This document shows positions 47,655 to 61,944 of a stretch of 64,000 nt of DNA, in pieces (the first letter of the stretch is position 1; each line of letters starts with the position of its first letter). The stretch covers positions 124,001 through 188,000 of the forward strand of contig NIVC01000217.1 in NCBI GenBank assembly GCA_002269645.1. The letters are read 5' to 3'. Under the pieces are notes generated by a model. The model had not been told where the DNA came from. It saw nothing but the letters and a program-made list of their open reading frames with translations, and ran no database searches. Source of the DNA: Macrostomum lignano. Its lineage: Eukaryota. A program made the position numbers and the translations under genes.

Positions 47655-50414
47655 GGGTCTGTATAAAAGCAGGGCACCATTGGCACATTGGACACCCCTT
47701 ATGTTAACAAAAATCGAGTTTTGATCGTTGTTTTGCTTGAATAAATATACTTTGGCTTTCGAATAAAAATGTAAATATTTATTTATAATTGCACTTTTTC
47801 ATATACTTCTAACAACCATGAGATTGGTAGTATCAACAAGTTTTATTCTACATTTAAATTCATTTCTTATCTTGCTTTATTGTCGAACTACTTTCGGTAC
47901 GTCATTTTCATTTACCTAGTTGGTGCACTTACAGAAAACATAGAAACATTAAATGCCGTTTCTTGTCCTCAATAAACGTTGGAAAAAGTGAGCAGCAGAC
48001 TAGTTGCAGAATTTTATTGCCGGACATGGCATATTTGACTATTTGCAGCTGCTCTGGCTTGTTTACTGCCTTTCCATAAATCAACAGCAATGGTGAAAGT
48101 GAATCTAATCCTTCTCTCTCTCTCTCTCCCATAATGTTAATGTTTGATTTGCTGTTAATATGGATTTTTAAAATCCCCCGTGTCTTAAATAAAAAACGAA
48201 TAATTTTTTAAGTTGTGATTTCCATCAAAATGCAATTAATTAATGTTTTAAAAACATTTAAACTCAATAAATTATTTATTCTCTTATCATATAGAATCCA
48301 ACTCTAGAATCTTTTTCAAGGAAGGAATACTAACTATCCTTAATATTCAATATGCATGATAATAAAGCAGTGCATTACTTTTTCAATTTAGAGAATCTAA
48401 CAAGGAAATAAATATAATTTAGTACAGTACCATTGTAAGCAAAAAACCATAAGTTTACAGGTACAATTTTTTGTAAAGATAGATACAGCGGAAAATTAAA
48501 ATTTGACAAAAGAATACCACAAACACTAAAAATGGGGAGAAAAAGTATTACAAACATTGGCATTAATAAAAAAGTAATAAATATTGCAGCTGAGCAAATG
48601 AAATTAGCAATTAAACAATGCAATGAGTTAAATGATAAATAACAAAGAAATGCTAAATAACATCTAGCAATGTATATTAAAGCAATTGAAGTGCACTCTG
48701 AGTTGAAAGGCTTACAACTCATAAAGTACAGTTTAAATGCAATGTAACTTTTTATTTATTTGTAACTTTATAACAATAGAAATCATTACCATAAGCAATT
48801 GTATGAAAAGTTGCTATTAATAGTCTTATGTACTTTATCTCTACTCTAAGAGCTAACTTTCTATAAATATATATGATTCCTTGTATAAAATTAGGGATTC
48901 TTTAAAAAATTCATGCTGCAATATGCATATATCACACTCTTGACCCAAGAAAATTATTGAAAGTGGTCAACCAATTAGCACAAAAAAATTATAGACGGCT
49001 GTAATGGTGCAAGTGGTGTTTCGGCACACCACTTAAATTAAAGTTGAAATTTTTGGAGCAGTTACACTAAAGAAAATTATTATTTTATAAAATTAAGAGA
49101 GGCTAATAAAATTAGTAGGGCTTGAATTGAATAATATGCTGTGAAGACTCAAACTTGTAAGCCAAGAAGGCTAGAATTAGGGTTAGCAATTAGGCAATTA
49201 GGCAAACTATAGACATTAAGGAATGTGTAGGTATTAAATAAATAAATCATGCAGGTGCTAATAGTAGCTTAAAACCTATCACTTGGTCCCTTAGAATGCC
49301 ATAATTTTGGACATTAGAATTAAAATATAGTGTTTTACTGATTGGGAACTTGTTCTTATTGGAAAACTTCTCATAAATATAGAAATATTAATATAAACAA
49401 TACGAATAAATTTGCCTATTAAAACTTTGTGGCATTTGTAGGATTTTAGAAGAAGGAAGTATACCCTGCAACATACGTGCAGAATATTTATGTGCTAAAG
49501 GATTTAGGTCTGAAATAAATGACAATAAATGTTATGTGAAGATGGTTTATATGTTGTTTTTTCAAAGCGTCACATATAAACTTTCAGTAAAAAGACTTCT
49601 TGGTCTGTGAGGTAGATTTTTTACTTATATGCTTGCATTTTTTAACTCATAATTTAAATGATTAGCACAATTTCTTAAATATCATGACTTGGCAAATTAT
49701 TCATAATAATGTTTTCTTAAAAGGATTGTATATAAAGAAGAGACTGTAATTTGAACTTTCACTGAGTAGCTATTCCTTTTTTTGTTGGTTGAAATCATAC
49801 AAAAAGTAATTGAACTAATAAAAGAAGAAGCTTGGAAATTATTAATTTAATCATCATCTTACAAAGTAAAAAAAACTTTTTGGGTGCAATTTTTTCATCA
49901 AATAATCTGCCAATGTATTAACTTTTTTAATATAGAAATACTTGCAATTTGGAATATCCAAAGTTCGTTCTTCATGAAGTAATCCTAACAAAATAAGTTG
50001 TGGTTTTTTGATAAGAGCAGAATGCTTCATCATTTTATGGAAAATTGAGTTCTGACTATTAGTTTGATCATTTCATATATCAGGCATATTTAGCATTAAA
50101 TCGGTACGCCTGTAGTACAGAACCTTCGGGGTAGTAAAATCACAGTGTAATAGCATTGCAAGCTGCAGTTTTTGCATGTGCGATTATTTTAAAAAATCGA
50201 ATGCCAAATTAAACATGTACAAAAAACGATAATACAAAGAATATTTAACAAATCATCTATCACGAAAGCAAGGATGTCATTTCTATTATTATCAATTTTT
50301 TAAATTATTTAAAAGTATCTCCGCAAGTTTATTCTGCATTTTCATATCTAATTTTGTTATAAAAAGGGGTGTCCAATGTGTCCAATGTGCCAGTGCCAGC
50401 TTTTATACACACCC
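47655..50414. mobile_element. Mutator-like (MULE) non-autonomous DNA transposon, 2760 bp
   Basis: Perfect 9-bp TSD tttgcggaa (47646-47654 and 50415-50423); ~60-bp imperfect TIRs gggt(c/g)tgtataaaagc...attggacacccc; very AT-rich interior with no intact ORF. Confidence 0.88.
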
Positions 50415-50804
50415 TTTGCGGAAGAGAAGACTGATAGACTGCGAGAGCTGTAGAAGAAGAAGTTAAATCAGTTTAAGCGTCGTGCGGCAACGCAAGCGCT
50501 TTATATTAAGTAAAATCAGATTGCACAATTTAGTCATGAGTCAGCCTTTGAATCAAATGATTCGTATTAAACTTATCTCTAAATAGCTTTTCACAAGAAA
50601 TTTACTTTTCTACTGCCCTGTCCTTGACTTAATTTTCTTGTGTTTCTCGTTGCTGTTTATTTCAAATTAAGCAGAAGCATAGTAGTTGTAGGCCTACACA
50701 GTAGGGAAAATACTGAATTAGTCACCATTTAGCAAGCAAAATTTCTGTTTAATCTCAATATTTATGTAAGTTTTTCTTGAGAAGCCATCTAAGATCATAG
50801 AAAC

Positions 50805-50966
50805 ATGTATAAGTGCTTTCCATTTCTTAAGGCTTGCAGTGGTCAAGCAGATTCACTTGACAAACGGCATGCCAGTTTGCAATCTGTGCCCGAGGATGTT
50901 TTCAGGAATGGTAGAACTCTTGAGGAATGTATGCTGGACTCTAATCAGATCAAAGAGCTTCCTAAG
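50805..50966 (+). CDS. scrib: Scribble (LAP family), exon 1
   Basis: [50 protein letters not shown] matches the Scribble N-terminus; donor AAG|GTAATA. Confidence 0.9.
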
Positions 50967-51517
50967 GTAATATTTTTTATTTTGTGCTTCATTGATTGTG
51001 CTATGTTTTTTTAGATGTCAAAATTTTTACAATCTTAGATACCTAAAGGTTTTTTGTCATTTGAATCATTGTCTATCTGTCTATCTTTGATCTTTTTCAA
51101 ATTAGCTTTTTTTTTAAACATTTTTTGGCAATCATGCATAACTTTTTGCTTAATATTTCAAAAGGGAAAGAAGTCAAATATAAAAAAATGCTTCAATGTA
51201 TACATGCCCAACAACCATCTGGACTGGATGGGTGAAATGGCTACCAGCCAAGGTAAATCACAAAAATAAAAAATGCAAGAAATGAAAATTTTGGATAAGA
51301 AAAGAAAAGAAAAAGAGAGAGAAATGAAAGAGGAAAAAGAAAAAAAAGCAAGAAAAGTCATATACAAATTGAAAATAAAGTTGCAATTGGGTGAACTAAG
51401 TTGCAAATCTAGACAAAGCTAAGTTGCACTGGATGGGTGAAATTTTGAGGTTAGGCATGTATGTTTCAATGGGCACTCTGTTTCTTAATTAAATTGGTCA
51501 GTTTAACTATTTAAACC

Positions 51518-52799
51518 GGCTACAGGTCAAAAGGGCGACAGATCAAAAGGGCGACAGTTAAAAGGGCGACAGTCAAAAGGGCGACAGTCAAAAGGGCGAC
51601 AGTTACAGTGTATTTATATTGAAAATACGAGTTCCACGTACATTAAAAGTATTTGTTAAAAGCAGTAAACATGTATTATACTTGTATTTGTTAAAATGCA
51701 TTGTTAAAATTGTACGAGCAGTTAAAATGGGGTTGTATAAAAGCTGGACACGTATTGGACACACTATTTCTAAAGTGGTTTTGTCTCGCATAGAGACGCC
51801 TAACCGCAGTCACTTCTGTGAAACTTGTCTCTGCCTGGCTGAAAGCTTGTAATGAGTGAGTAGGCTGGGTTGGAGGGTAATAGTGGATCGGGAGGGGCTG
51901 TGGGTAGCTGTATAGGAAGGCAGGCCTATACCTGTACCAAGGTGCTCTGACGGTATCTCTCAGGCACCCTCTGAGCGTACAGTCAGCGACCCTATTAAAG
52001 CTGGAGTGTGCCAGAACCAGGACTGAGTCTGAGCAGGACGAGACCGTTGGCACGGTCATAATAGAAATGGCGGGTTGGCGAAGCAAAGGGTGAAATAGTC
52101 CCGGCGATTAGCCCTCCTGCCGCTTCAAAGATAAGAGACTGTCTGTTGGCAAGAGTACCCGGGGTTTAGTTGGGGGGGAGGCTCCTTCGGGTTGCCACGG
52201 CCGTGGGGGCGGTCTTATGACTGGTGTTTTTGGCCTATCTAACCTAGGAAAAGGCACGGGCTCCCCTGAATGGTTCACTCTTCTCCCTCTAGCCTCGGGG
52301 AGGTTTATGATTTGTACCCGGGGGTGGTGGGCAGTCGGTCCCAGCATGGTAGCCACGGCTCTAGGCCTTCGGGCCACCCCTAATAGGCTGGAGTCTATCA
52401 AACCTGGTTTTTGGGCACGGGCTTCCTGACTGGTATGTCGTTCCGCTGTCACTGTCCCCCGGGGAGGTTTGGTTTTTTTGATTCAGCCCTGTACAGTCCT
52501 CTATAGTCTAACTTGGCTTTTAGTGTACATTAGTTCACTCCCTAGTAGGAAACTCATTTAGTCTAGTGGCGTAAGAGCCTATTTCAATGGCTGAGGCGCC
52601 GGAGCACTTATCTTAGTTAGTTAGTTAGACACACTATTTCTAAGAAACGGACACACTATTTCTAAGAAACGAGGTTTCCCGTCCTTCCACTTAAGTAGTT
52701 CTTGGTCTAATACCCTGTCGCCCTTTTGACTGTCGCCCTTTTGACTGTCGCCCTTTTAACTGTCGCCCTTTTCATCTGTCGCCCTTTTGATCGGTTGCC
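51518..52799. mobile_element. Mutator/Foldback-like element with tandem-repeat TIRs, in scrib intron 1
   Basis: Perfect 9-bp TSD atttaaacc (51509-51517 and 52800-52808); TIRs made of five copies of tcaaaagggcgacag. Confidence 0.9.
51774..52627 (+). mobile_element. Non-coding retroposon (distant family B) nested in the MULE
   Basis: 16-bp flanking duplication gacacactatttctaa (51758-51773 and 52628-52643); (TTAG)n 3' tail; contains ggtggtgggcagtcggtcccagca...ataggctgg. Confidence 0.7.
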
Positions 52800-53962
52800 A
52801 TTTAAACCTATTCTTGGCCAATGTACAATAAAGAACATGTATTCATAATAAAGCTAAGGAGTTTTATGACCCCTTGTATAGCAGGCAATATTGCGGGAAA
52901 GTGTAGTATATAGTATATGTTAGAAAATTCCAACATATAAACATTTTAGCTGGCATACATCTAGCATACAAATGCTTTAGCTAATATATATAATGGTATA
53001 CAAGAAGGAAATACAACTTTCTGGCACAATCATTGGCTTATAATTTTTAACTATACATGTTCAAGCTTGCAGTATCACATACTAAAGTGTTGAAGTATGT
53101 ATTATAATTGCAAAAATTACGCTAAGCAATCCTTTGCTATAATAGAAATTAATTTCAATTTTAAAACAGTAGATTAATTTTTTAAATAATAAATCTAATG
53201 TTTCTACAGTTACTAGTAAAAACTATATCTAAAAATAGTAAACATAACTATTTTGTTTTACTAATTATTTCTGTTTTTTAAATAATATAGTTTTCCTTCT
53301 TTTGCAGCAATTATTCACTACAAATATGCGTATTACTACTTGTAATATTAGTTATGTGCTTTTTTATCATAGAATTTTTAGTGGGGTACAATTTACTAGA
53401 ACTTTTAATTGATATAATTTATTGGCATACATTTTACTAGATAGCCAAATAATTTCTGGCATACATGTAACACAATCTGCAATATGGATAGTAGGCTTGT
53501 AATTTTATTTTAGTGTTGATTGAATTTTATTGTTTACCATATATTTATCTAACAAACAATCAATTAAAAAAGAGAAAGATTATAAAGCTAGTCTTAAAAT
53601 GACTAAAATGTGATATACAAAGCCTTTTTATCAATCCCTTGAACTACTCTAATCTTGTTTATTTTATTTAATAACACAAAGAGGGTAGCACAGTGGCAAA
53701 TAGAGGCAGTATCTAATGCACCTAATTAATTCAGAATTATTTGGCAAATATGTATATAAAGCTTAAACAAATTGGAAATATAGGTTAAATATTCAAAAAA
53801 ACATGTTTTTAATGCTTTCAATATTTAAATTTTGAATTTGAATACTCCCATGAGGTCTTAGTGCACTAGTGGTTACTAAAGATGGTAAACAGAAAAAACT
53901 ATGTGATAATACTAAAGTTGTTTTTTTATATTTTATATTATTTTATTATTATATTTATACAT

Positions 53963-54118
53963 GCGCAACTTTGGGAATCACCTGGCCGTTTCTATTGGCA
54001 ACACACACATGTAAGTCGCTATTGGCTAAGAGCAGTCACGCGACTACTATTCTGTCCGATAGCAACTTACATGTGTGTGTTGCCAATAGAAATAGCCAAG
54101 TGAATCCTAAGGTTGTGC
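53963..54118. mobile_element. Palindromic MITE
   Basis: ~65-bp inverted arms (tttctattggcaacacacacatgtaagt and acttacatgtgtgtgttgccaatagaaa) around a short spacer. Confidence 0.75.
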
Positions 54119-55300
54119 CCAAGCATGATTATATTAACATTCTATAATTTCATTATTTATTCTTGTTAACTATCTAACTTATTATCTTATTATCCATATC
54201 TAACCAAATCTATACTTAAATTATTTTATAAAGTTTGTTTTACTAATCATAAAAGAATTTTTTGGACATAAAAAGTCATATTAATATCCATATGGCTCTT
54301 TTGAACATGCAAAATAGAATATACAATTTGTTTTTTATTGGGTAACACAAAAAATTCCTATTTTTTTAAAGCCTTCTATAAAATAAAATACTTAAAATAT
54401 ATGTAATGGTACTATAGCACTGTAGCTGAAACTTGAATTCAGGTTGGTCTACATTAGTCAATGACCTTTTTATACCTTTGCACATGTGGCTTTCAGAAAG
54501 TCTATAGTCTTATCTTCATGCACAAACTGCGAGAACTTTCTGTTTTACCTAATAGTAATTAAAATATTTCCTTTTTCCTAACAAACAAATATATAAATCT
54601 ATCTTATTTTATCAATGTAGTATATATTTAGTATATTAATAAATAAAAAAACTGTAAAACTTATTGTCCTAATCTTAAGTTGCATACAACATGTTTTTTA
54701 GTTTAATCAAAGTTTAACAAAATCTTTATAAATGTTAAATAAAAAATAATACTTTGTGAAACTTTGAAATTTTATTTATAGGTTTTTTTTCTTCTAAACA
54801 AAAATAACTAATAGCATTTTAGTTGTGTTAGGTACTATGAGATAGAAACCTTTAAGATTACATAAGTTTATTACTTATGTTTTTAATGGCAATTGCATAT
54901 CTTAATGATAAGTGCTAGTATTTGTGGCTAGGTGATTCAAAAGATAAGGAATTAGCAAATCTCCTAAACTTTAATCGGGTTTGCCCTATGCTTAAATAGA
55001 AGATTATGTAGTTAAAATCGATTCCCATGAAAAGTTGAAAACTATAAACTTTTTTTCTAATATTCCAATAGGTATTTATAGTTATAAATTTGTTGACTTT
55101 TATGTGTACATAAATATTGTTTGGCATTTTTATAGTCACTGTGGGACCTGATTGAAAAGCAGTATTATTTTTGTCAGCAATTTTGGATGAAGTTGATATT
55201 GAAAAACTTACTGATACCACTAAGTTTCACCCAAGAACAAAGTGGAACTTTCTATACACAATGGACCATAACTTCTGCATGTCTCTCCACCATCCAACAG

Positions 55301-55418
55301 AAAATCTTCGCCATCACCCAGTTGAAGCGGCTAACACTCAGTGACAATTCACTCACACGGATTCCTCCAAATATTGGCAATCTCACAGCATTGCTGGAGC
55401 TGGATGTCAGTCGAAATG
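55301..55418 (+). CDS. scrib: Scribble exon 2 (LRR)
   Basis: aacAG|...G|GTAAGT; KIFAITQLKRLTLSDN..LLELDVSRN. Confidence 0.9.
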
Positions 55419-55492
55419 GTAAGTTGTCTCTTCAATTTAACTCAAAATCATCAGTTTTTTATATTGATATCATTTGTAACATTAATTTTTAG

Positions 55493-55571
55493 AAATCACC
55501 GACTTCCCCGAGAATATTAAATTCTGCTCAGATTTGAGAATGCTAGACATGTCAAGTAATCCGATTCAAGG
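55493..55571 (+). CDS. scrib: Scribble exon 3 (LRR)
   Basis: tttAG|...GG|GTGAGT; EITDFPENIKFCSDLRMLDMSSNPIQ; phase consistent. Confidence 0.88.
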
Positions 55572-55653
55572 GTGAGTTATTGTTAACTATTGTCTCCAAA
55601 ATAGCAGAAACTCGCAGATTGCCCTGATTCTGGTTTTTTGTGTTCCTTTACAG

Positions 55654-55743
55654 CCTGCCACCTGGGTTGTGTCAGCTGAAGAACCTCACACAGCTGAACC
55701 TCAATGACATCACGCTTGGAGAGTTGCCGCCGGATTTTGGAAA
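55654..55743 (+). CDS. scrib: Scribble exon 4 (LRR)
   Basis: tacAG|...AA|GTAAGT; LPPGLCQLKNLTQLNLNDITLGELPPDFG. Confidence 0.88.
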
Positions 55744-55779
55744 GTAAGTTGGCTGCATTAGTTGAGTAGTTGATGAGGA

Positions 55780-56060
55780 AGAGGTTGAATAGCTGATGGG
55801 AGAAGAAGCTGAGTAGCTGCTGATGGGAGGAGAGGCTGAGCAGCTGCTGCTAAGAGGAGAGGCTGAGCAGCTGCTCTGCTGCTGATGAGAGGAGAGGCTG
55901 AGCAGCTGCTGATGGGAAGAGAGGCTGAGCAGCTGCTGATGGGAAGAGAGGCTGAGCAGCTGATGGGGAAGAGACTGGATAGCTTCTGATGGGGAAGAGA
56001 GGCTGAGTAGCTGATGGATTGGGAAGAGACTGGATAGCTGCTGATGGGGAGGAGAGGCTG
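55780..56060. repeat. Degenerate ~25-bp intronic minisatellite
   Basis: gagaggctgagcagctgctgatggg units. Confidence 0.85.
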
Positions 56061-56238
56061 ATAGGAAGGCTGAATAGTTAGGTAATGGGGATGCGAGGCT
56101 AATTAGCTGTTGAGGAGTGGAATTCTGAGGATTTGATGATGAGCTGTTTTAAACATATTTTGGGGATTTAGAGTAAGGCAGATGAAGGTAAAGACAGTGT
56201 TGTAAAAGTCTCAAACCCAACTACCTCTCCCACGCCAG

Positions 56239-56652
56239 CCTGAACGCACTGAGACGTTTGGAGCTCCGGGACAACCTGTTGAAGTCTCTGCCGCCCAGTT
56301 TCGGCGCCCTCCAATGCCTGGAGTTCCTTGACCTCGGTGGCAACGAGTTCGCGGATTTGCCACCTCTGATCGGGCAGCTGAGATCGCTGGCCGAGCTGTT
56401 CCTTGACGCCAATGAGTTGAAGACTCTGCCGCCTCAGATTGGCTCTCTGAAGTGCCTGTTCCAGTTGGATGTGTCCGAGAATTTCTTGGAATTTCTACCG
56501 GACGAATTCTGCTGTCTGGCGGCGCTGACAGACCTGACGCTGACGCAGAACAATCTGGATGCTGTGCCCGAAGGATTTGGGAATCTGCGACGGCTGTCTA
56601 TGCTGAAATTGGACTCAAATAGGCTGGTATCCGTCACCTCTCAGATTGGCTA
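56239..56652 (+). CDS. scrib: Scribble exon 5 (LRR)
   Basis: gccAG|...TA|GTGAGT, 414 bp; LELRDNLLKSLP..LDLGGNEF..LDVSEN. Confidence 0.92.
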
Positions 56653-56734
56653 GTGAGTGCTTACTGCTCAGTGTATGATGGGCCGAGCTTGAAACTTTTG
56701 ACTGAAAACTTAATGGGCTAGGAGCTTCTTAATT

Positions 56735-57720
56735 CGAAGCTTCTCAAGCTCAAACCCTCTCAAGCTCAAAACTTTTCAAGCTCAAAACTTCTTAAACCCA
56801 AACTTCTCAAGCTCAAACTTCTCAAGCTCAAAACTTCTTAAACCCAAACTTCTCAAACTCAAAACTTCTCAAGCTCAAAACTTTTCAAGCTCAAAGCTTC
56901 TTAAACCCAAACTTCTCAAGCTCTAAACTTCTTAAACCCAAACTTCTCAAACTCAAAACTTCTCAAACTCAAAACTTTTAAACCCAAACTTCTCAAGCTC
57001 TAAACTTCTTAAACCCAAACTTCTCAAGCTCAAAACTTTTCAAGCTCAAAGCTTCTTAAACCCAAACTTCTCAAGCTCAAAACTTCTCAAGCTCTAAACT
57101 TCTTAAACCCAAACTTCTCAAGCTCAAAACTTTTCAAGCTCAAAGCTTCTTAAACCCAAACTTCTCAAGCTCTAAACTTCTCAAGCTCAAAACTTCTTAA
57201 ACTCAAACTTCTCAAGCTCAAAACTTCTCAAGCTCAAAACTTCTCAAGCTCAAAACTTCTCAAGCTCAAAACTTCTCAAGCTCAAAATTCTCAAGCTCAA
57301 ACCCTCTCAAGCTCAAAACTTTTCAAGCTCAAAACTTCTTAAACCCAAACTTCTCAAGCTCAAACTTCTCAAGCTCAAACTTCTCAAACTCAAAACTTCT
57401 CAAACTCAAAACTTCTCAAACTCAAAACTTTTAAACCCAAACTTCTCAAGCTCAACACTTTTCAAGCTCAAAGCTTCTTAAACCCAAACTTCTTAAGCTC
57501 TAAACTTCTCAAGCTCAAAACTTCTTAAACTCAAACATCTCAAGCTCAAAACTTCTCAAGCTCAAAACTTCTCAAGCTCAAAATTTCGTAAACTCAAACT
57601 TCTCAAGCTCAAACTTCTCAAGCTGAAACTTCTCAAGCTCAAACTTCTCAAGCTCAAACTTCTCAAGATCAAACTTCTCAAGCTCAAACTTCTCAAGCTC
57701 AAAGCTTCTTAAGTTCAAAA
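56735..57720. repeat. 15-16 bp intronic minisatellite
   Basis: aaaacttctcaagctc and aaacttcttaaaccc units. Confidence 0.95.
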
Positions 57721-58289
57721 CCAAACGAGTCTGAGGATGTGCTATATTTTAAAGTTAGGACACTGAACGCTTCGTTTACGAATCTAGTCGGGAGAAGTAA
57801 GGAGAGTAACTCGCGGTTGTAATTGCCTCGTCAGCTTCTCAGTCATGGAAATATCCACGAGAGTTGTATTTTAGCTACGTTCCAGTCTATTAGTCTCTGT
57901 ACACAGAGTATAGAGCATATGGTTGGCAGCTATTTTAATTACATCAGTACTCGCTGATACATATTTTCTGTTTGGATGTAGGAGAACTCACTAAAGAGCT
58001 ATATATGTGTGTATTTAAACCAGTCAGTCTCAGAAGATATATTTTGTGTAGCCAGACTCTAGTGTATATATTTAGTGTAGAATTTTGATCCATTGCAGAC
58101 TCGATAAGATAAGAATCAGTGGGGCGAGAGGGTATAAGACTATTGAGACTGCGATAAAAATACGAGTAATACTCCCAGGGCTGTGGGACATCGTCCCAGC
58201 AACCAGTGTTGAGGCAACACTGTACGCAGGCAAGCATTCATACACACTCTCACACAGGAGTGTACAGCGGCCCATGACTATTTATCATT

Positions 58290-58462
58290 AGACATGTACA
58301 CTTCACTGTGCCTTGGGGGTTGGGCCTCAAGGGGCGTTAATTGCACGAGCAGAGCCAAGCCGAGATTCCACTATGTATCCTTAAATTAATGTGACTGCAC
58401 TTGGAATCGAGCCTAGGCCGCTGGCACACCAGAGCGCCGCGCTTAAGTATTCATACTAGCTA
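58290..58462 (-). mobile_element. Family A SINE, head plus central module
   Basis: Reverse complement shares ggaatctcggcttggctctgctcgtgcaattaacgcc..aaggcacagt.aagtgtacat with 3340-3415; B-box-like ggctcgattcc. Confidence 0.75.
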
Positions 58463-58690
58463 CCAGGCTACTAGCTATTAGACTACTAGCTATCAGGCTA
58501 CTGGCTATTAGACTACTAGCTCAGCTATCAGGCTACTAGCTATTAGACTACTAGCTCAGCTATCAGGCTACTAGCTATTAGACTACTAGCTACCAGGCTA
58601 CTAGCTATTAGAATACTAGCTTAGCTACCAGGCCACTAGACCACTGCGCTACTAGCCACCAGACTGTTAGCTACCAGGCTACTAGGGCTT
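58455..58690. repeat. Short minisatellite abutting the SINE head
   Basis: actagctatcaggct / actagctattag units. Confidence 0.9.
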
Positions 58691-59129
58691 GCTGCATCCT
58701 CGTTGGCTGCGGGCGTCGCCTGTCACCTGATTTTCAAGTTCCAGTAGTGCGCATTCCTTGCAAGCACGCATGCGGCATGCACGTACAACCGCCGTTTGTA
58801 TAGGTTATCATTCAATATCTGTCGCTACCGCCAGGGCATTATTCAATTTCTCTGCTTAGGGAAGAGAGGATGCAGGAGGGAAGGGAAAGAAGGCGACGTG
58901 GAGAGGAAAGACTGAGTGGATTATGGGAATTTCGCTGTCTGTCTGTCGGCCTCAGATTAGAATATGCCTACTAAATATTCGACTTTGATGGCCGCGGCAA
59001 AGCTAGCCAGTTCACTATTGAGTAGAGAATTTTGTCTTGATTTCATTTTGTTGCCGTTTGATGACTCCTTGCTTCTAGAAGCTTTTGTGCTGCAGGTCTC
59101 TTCCTGTGTGGTGCGTGTGTGTGGGTTGT

Positions 59130-60540
<1,411 letters not shown>

Positions 60541-60694
60541 ATGAAATTTAAGAAGAATGCCAATTTTTCCTGTGCAGTTACTGGTTTATTATCATGCAAT
60601 CTGGTTATTTATAAACTCTTAGCCCAATTGTATTCCAAATTTATCTGCTGGGTCCCACTTGCACTGATAAATCCCCCAACTCTTCATTTATCAG

Positions 60695-60740
60695 CTGCAC
60701 AAATCTGGAGGAGATCTACTTAACGGACAATCTGCTCTCG
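60695..60740 (+). CDS. scrib: Scribble exon 6 (gene continues beyond the window)
   Basis: tatcAG|...TCG|GTGAGT, 46 bp; (Y)CTNLEEIYLTDNLLS continues the LRR frame. Confidence 0.85.
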
Positions 60741-60794
60741 GTGAGTTCTTCCTGAATGCCTTAATACTTTTTCAAGAGAGCTTGGGAATGGTCA

Positions 60795-61340
60795 GGAGTG
60801 TGACTTCAGGAGTGTGACTTCAGGAGTGTGACTTCAGGAGTGTGACTTCAGGAGTGCGACTTCAGGAGTGCGACTTCAGGAGTGCGACTTCAGGAGTCAG
60901 AGTGTGACTACATGAGTGCGACTTCAGGAGTGTGACTACATGAGTGTGACTTCAGCAGTGTGACTACATGAGTGTGACTTCAGCAGTGTAACTTCAGGAG
61001 TGTGACTGTGACTTCAGCAGTGTAACTTCAGGAGTGTGACTGTGACTTCAGGAGTGTGACTTCAGGAGTGTGACTTCAGCAGTGTGACTTCAGCAATGTG
61101 ACTTCAGCAATGTGACTTCAGGAGTGTGACTTCAGCAATTTAAATTCAGACTGACTTCATGTGTGTGACTTCAGGAGTGTGACTTTATGTGTGTGACTTC
61201 AGCAGTGTGACTTCAGTAGTGTGACTTCAGGACCAGGAGTGTGATTGTGACTTCAGGAGTGTGACTTCAGGGCCAGGAGTGTGACTGTGACTTTAAGAGT
61301 GTGACTTCAGTAGTGTGACTTCACGAGTCTGTCTTCAGGT
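60795..61340. repeat. 14-bp intronic minisatellite
   Basis: aggagtgtgacttc units. Confidence 0.95.
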
Positions 61341-61944
61341 GTGTGACTTGAGCAGACTGAGTAGGACTCAGGATACTAATGAGCTGAGAGTAGCTTAAGA
61401 AAAGTGACGTAAAAAGAGTGACTGAGGTCAAGTTAACCTTGAATGAGTGATGGACTCAAAAGTGAGTTTTTAAGGTAGATATGAATTTTGTTAAGTGTTC
61501 CAAAGATAAAAAATTGAAAATAAAACTTGCTTCAAGTTGAAGGAATGATTTCATAAAGTACATTATATAGATTTTACTACTGAATTAATAATAGCTGAGA
61601 TGCGGGACGGCATGCCCCCCGCTATCTGTCACACCCGGTTTGGCGCAATGAGCCATGAGCAGTCAGTCAGTGCATACATATTCATATTGTTGCTGTGTGT
61701 GTACTATTATTAATCTTCTTGGCTGGCTTGCGAGCTAATTTAGCAAAGTAACCCGGCTCTAGGGCTAAGTATAGATTCGAAAATGTTCTGTTTCGAATCT
61801 GGGCATTCAAGCGTTATGTCCCGCTCTGTTGGTCTCCTGTGTTTCTACCTGTGCGTGTCTTTTGCATTGGCCCAAGTTTGCAAGCTGTGAAGCTCTTGTT
61901 TGTTTTAGTAAAGTGGAGGTGTGACCCGTTGTTGTACCCGGTTT

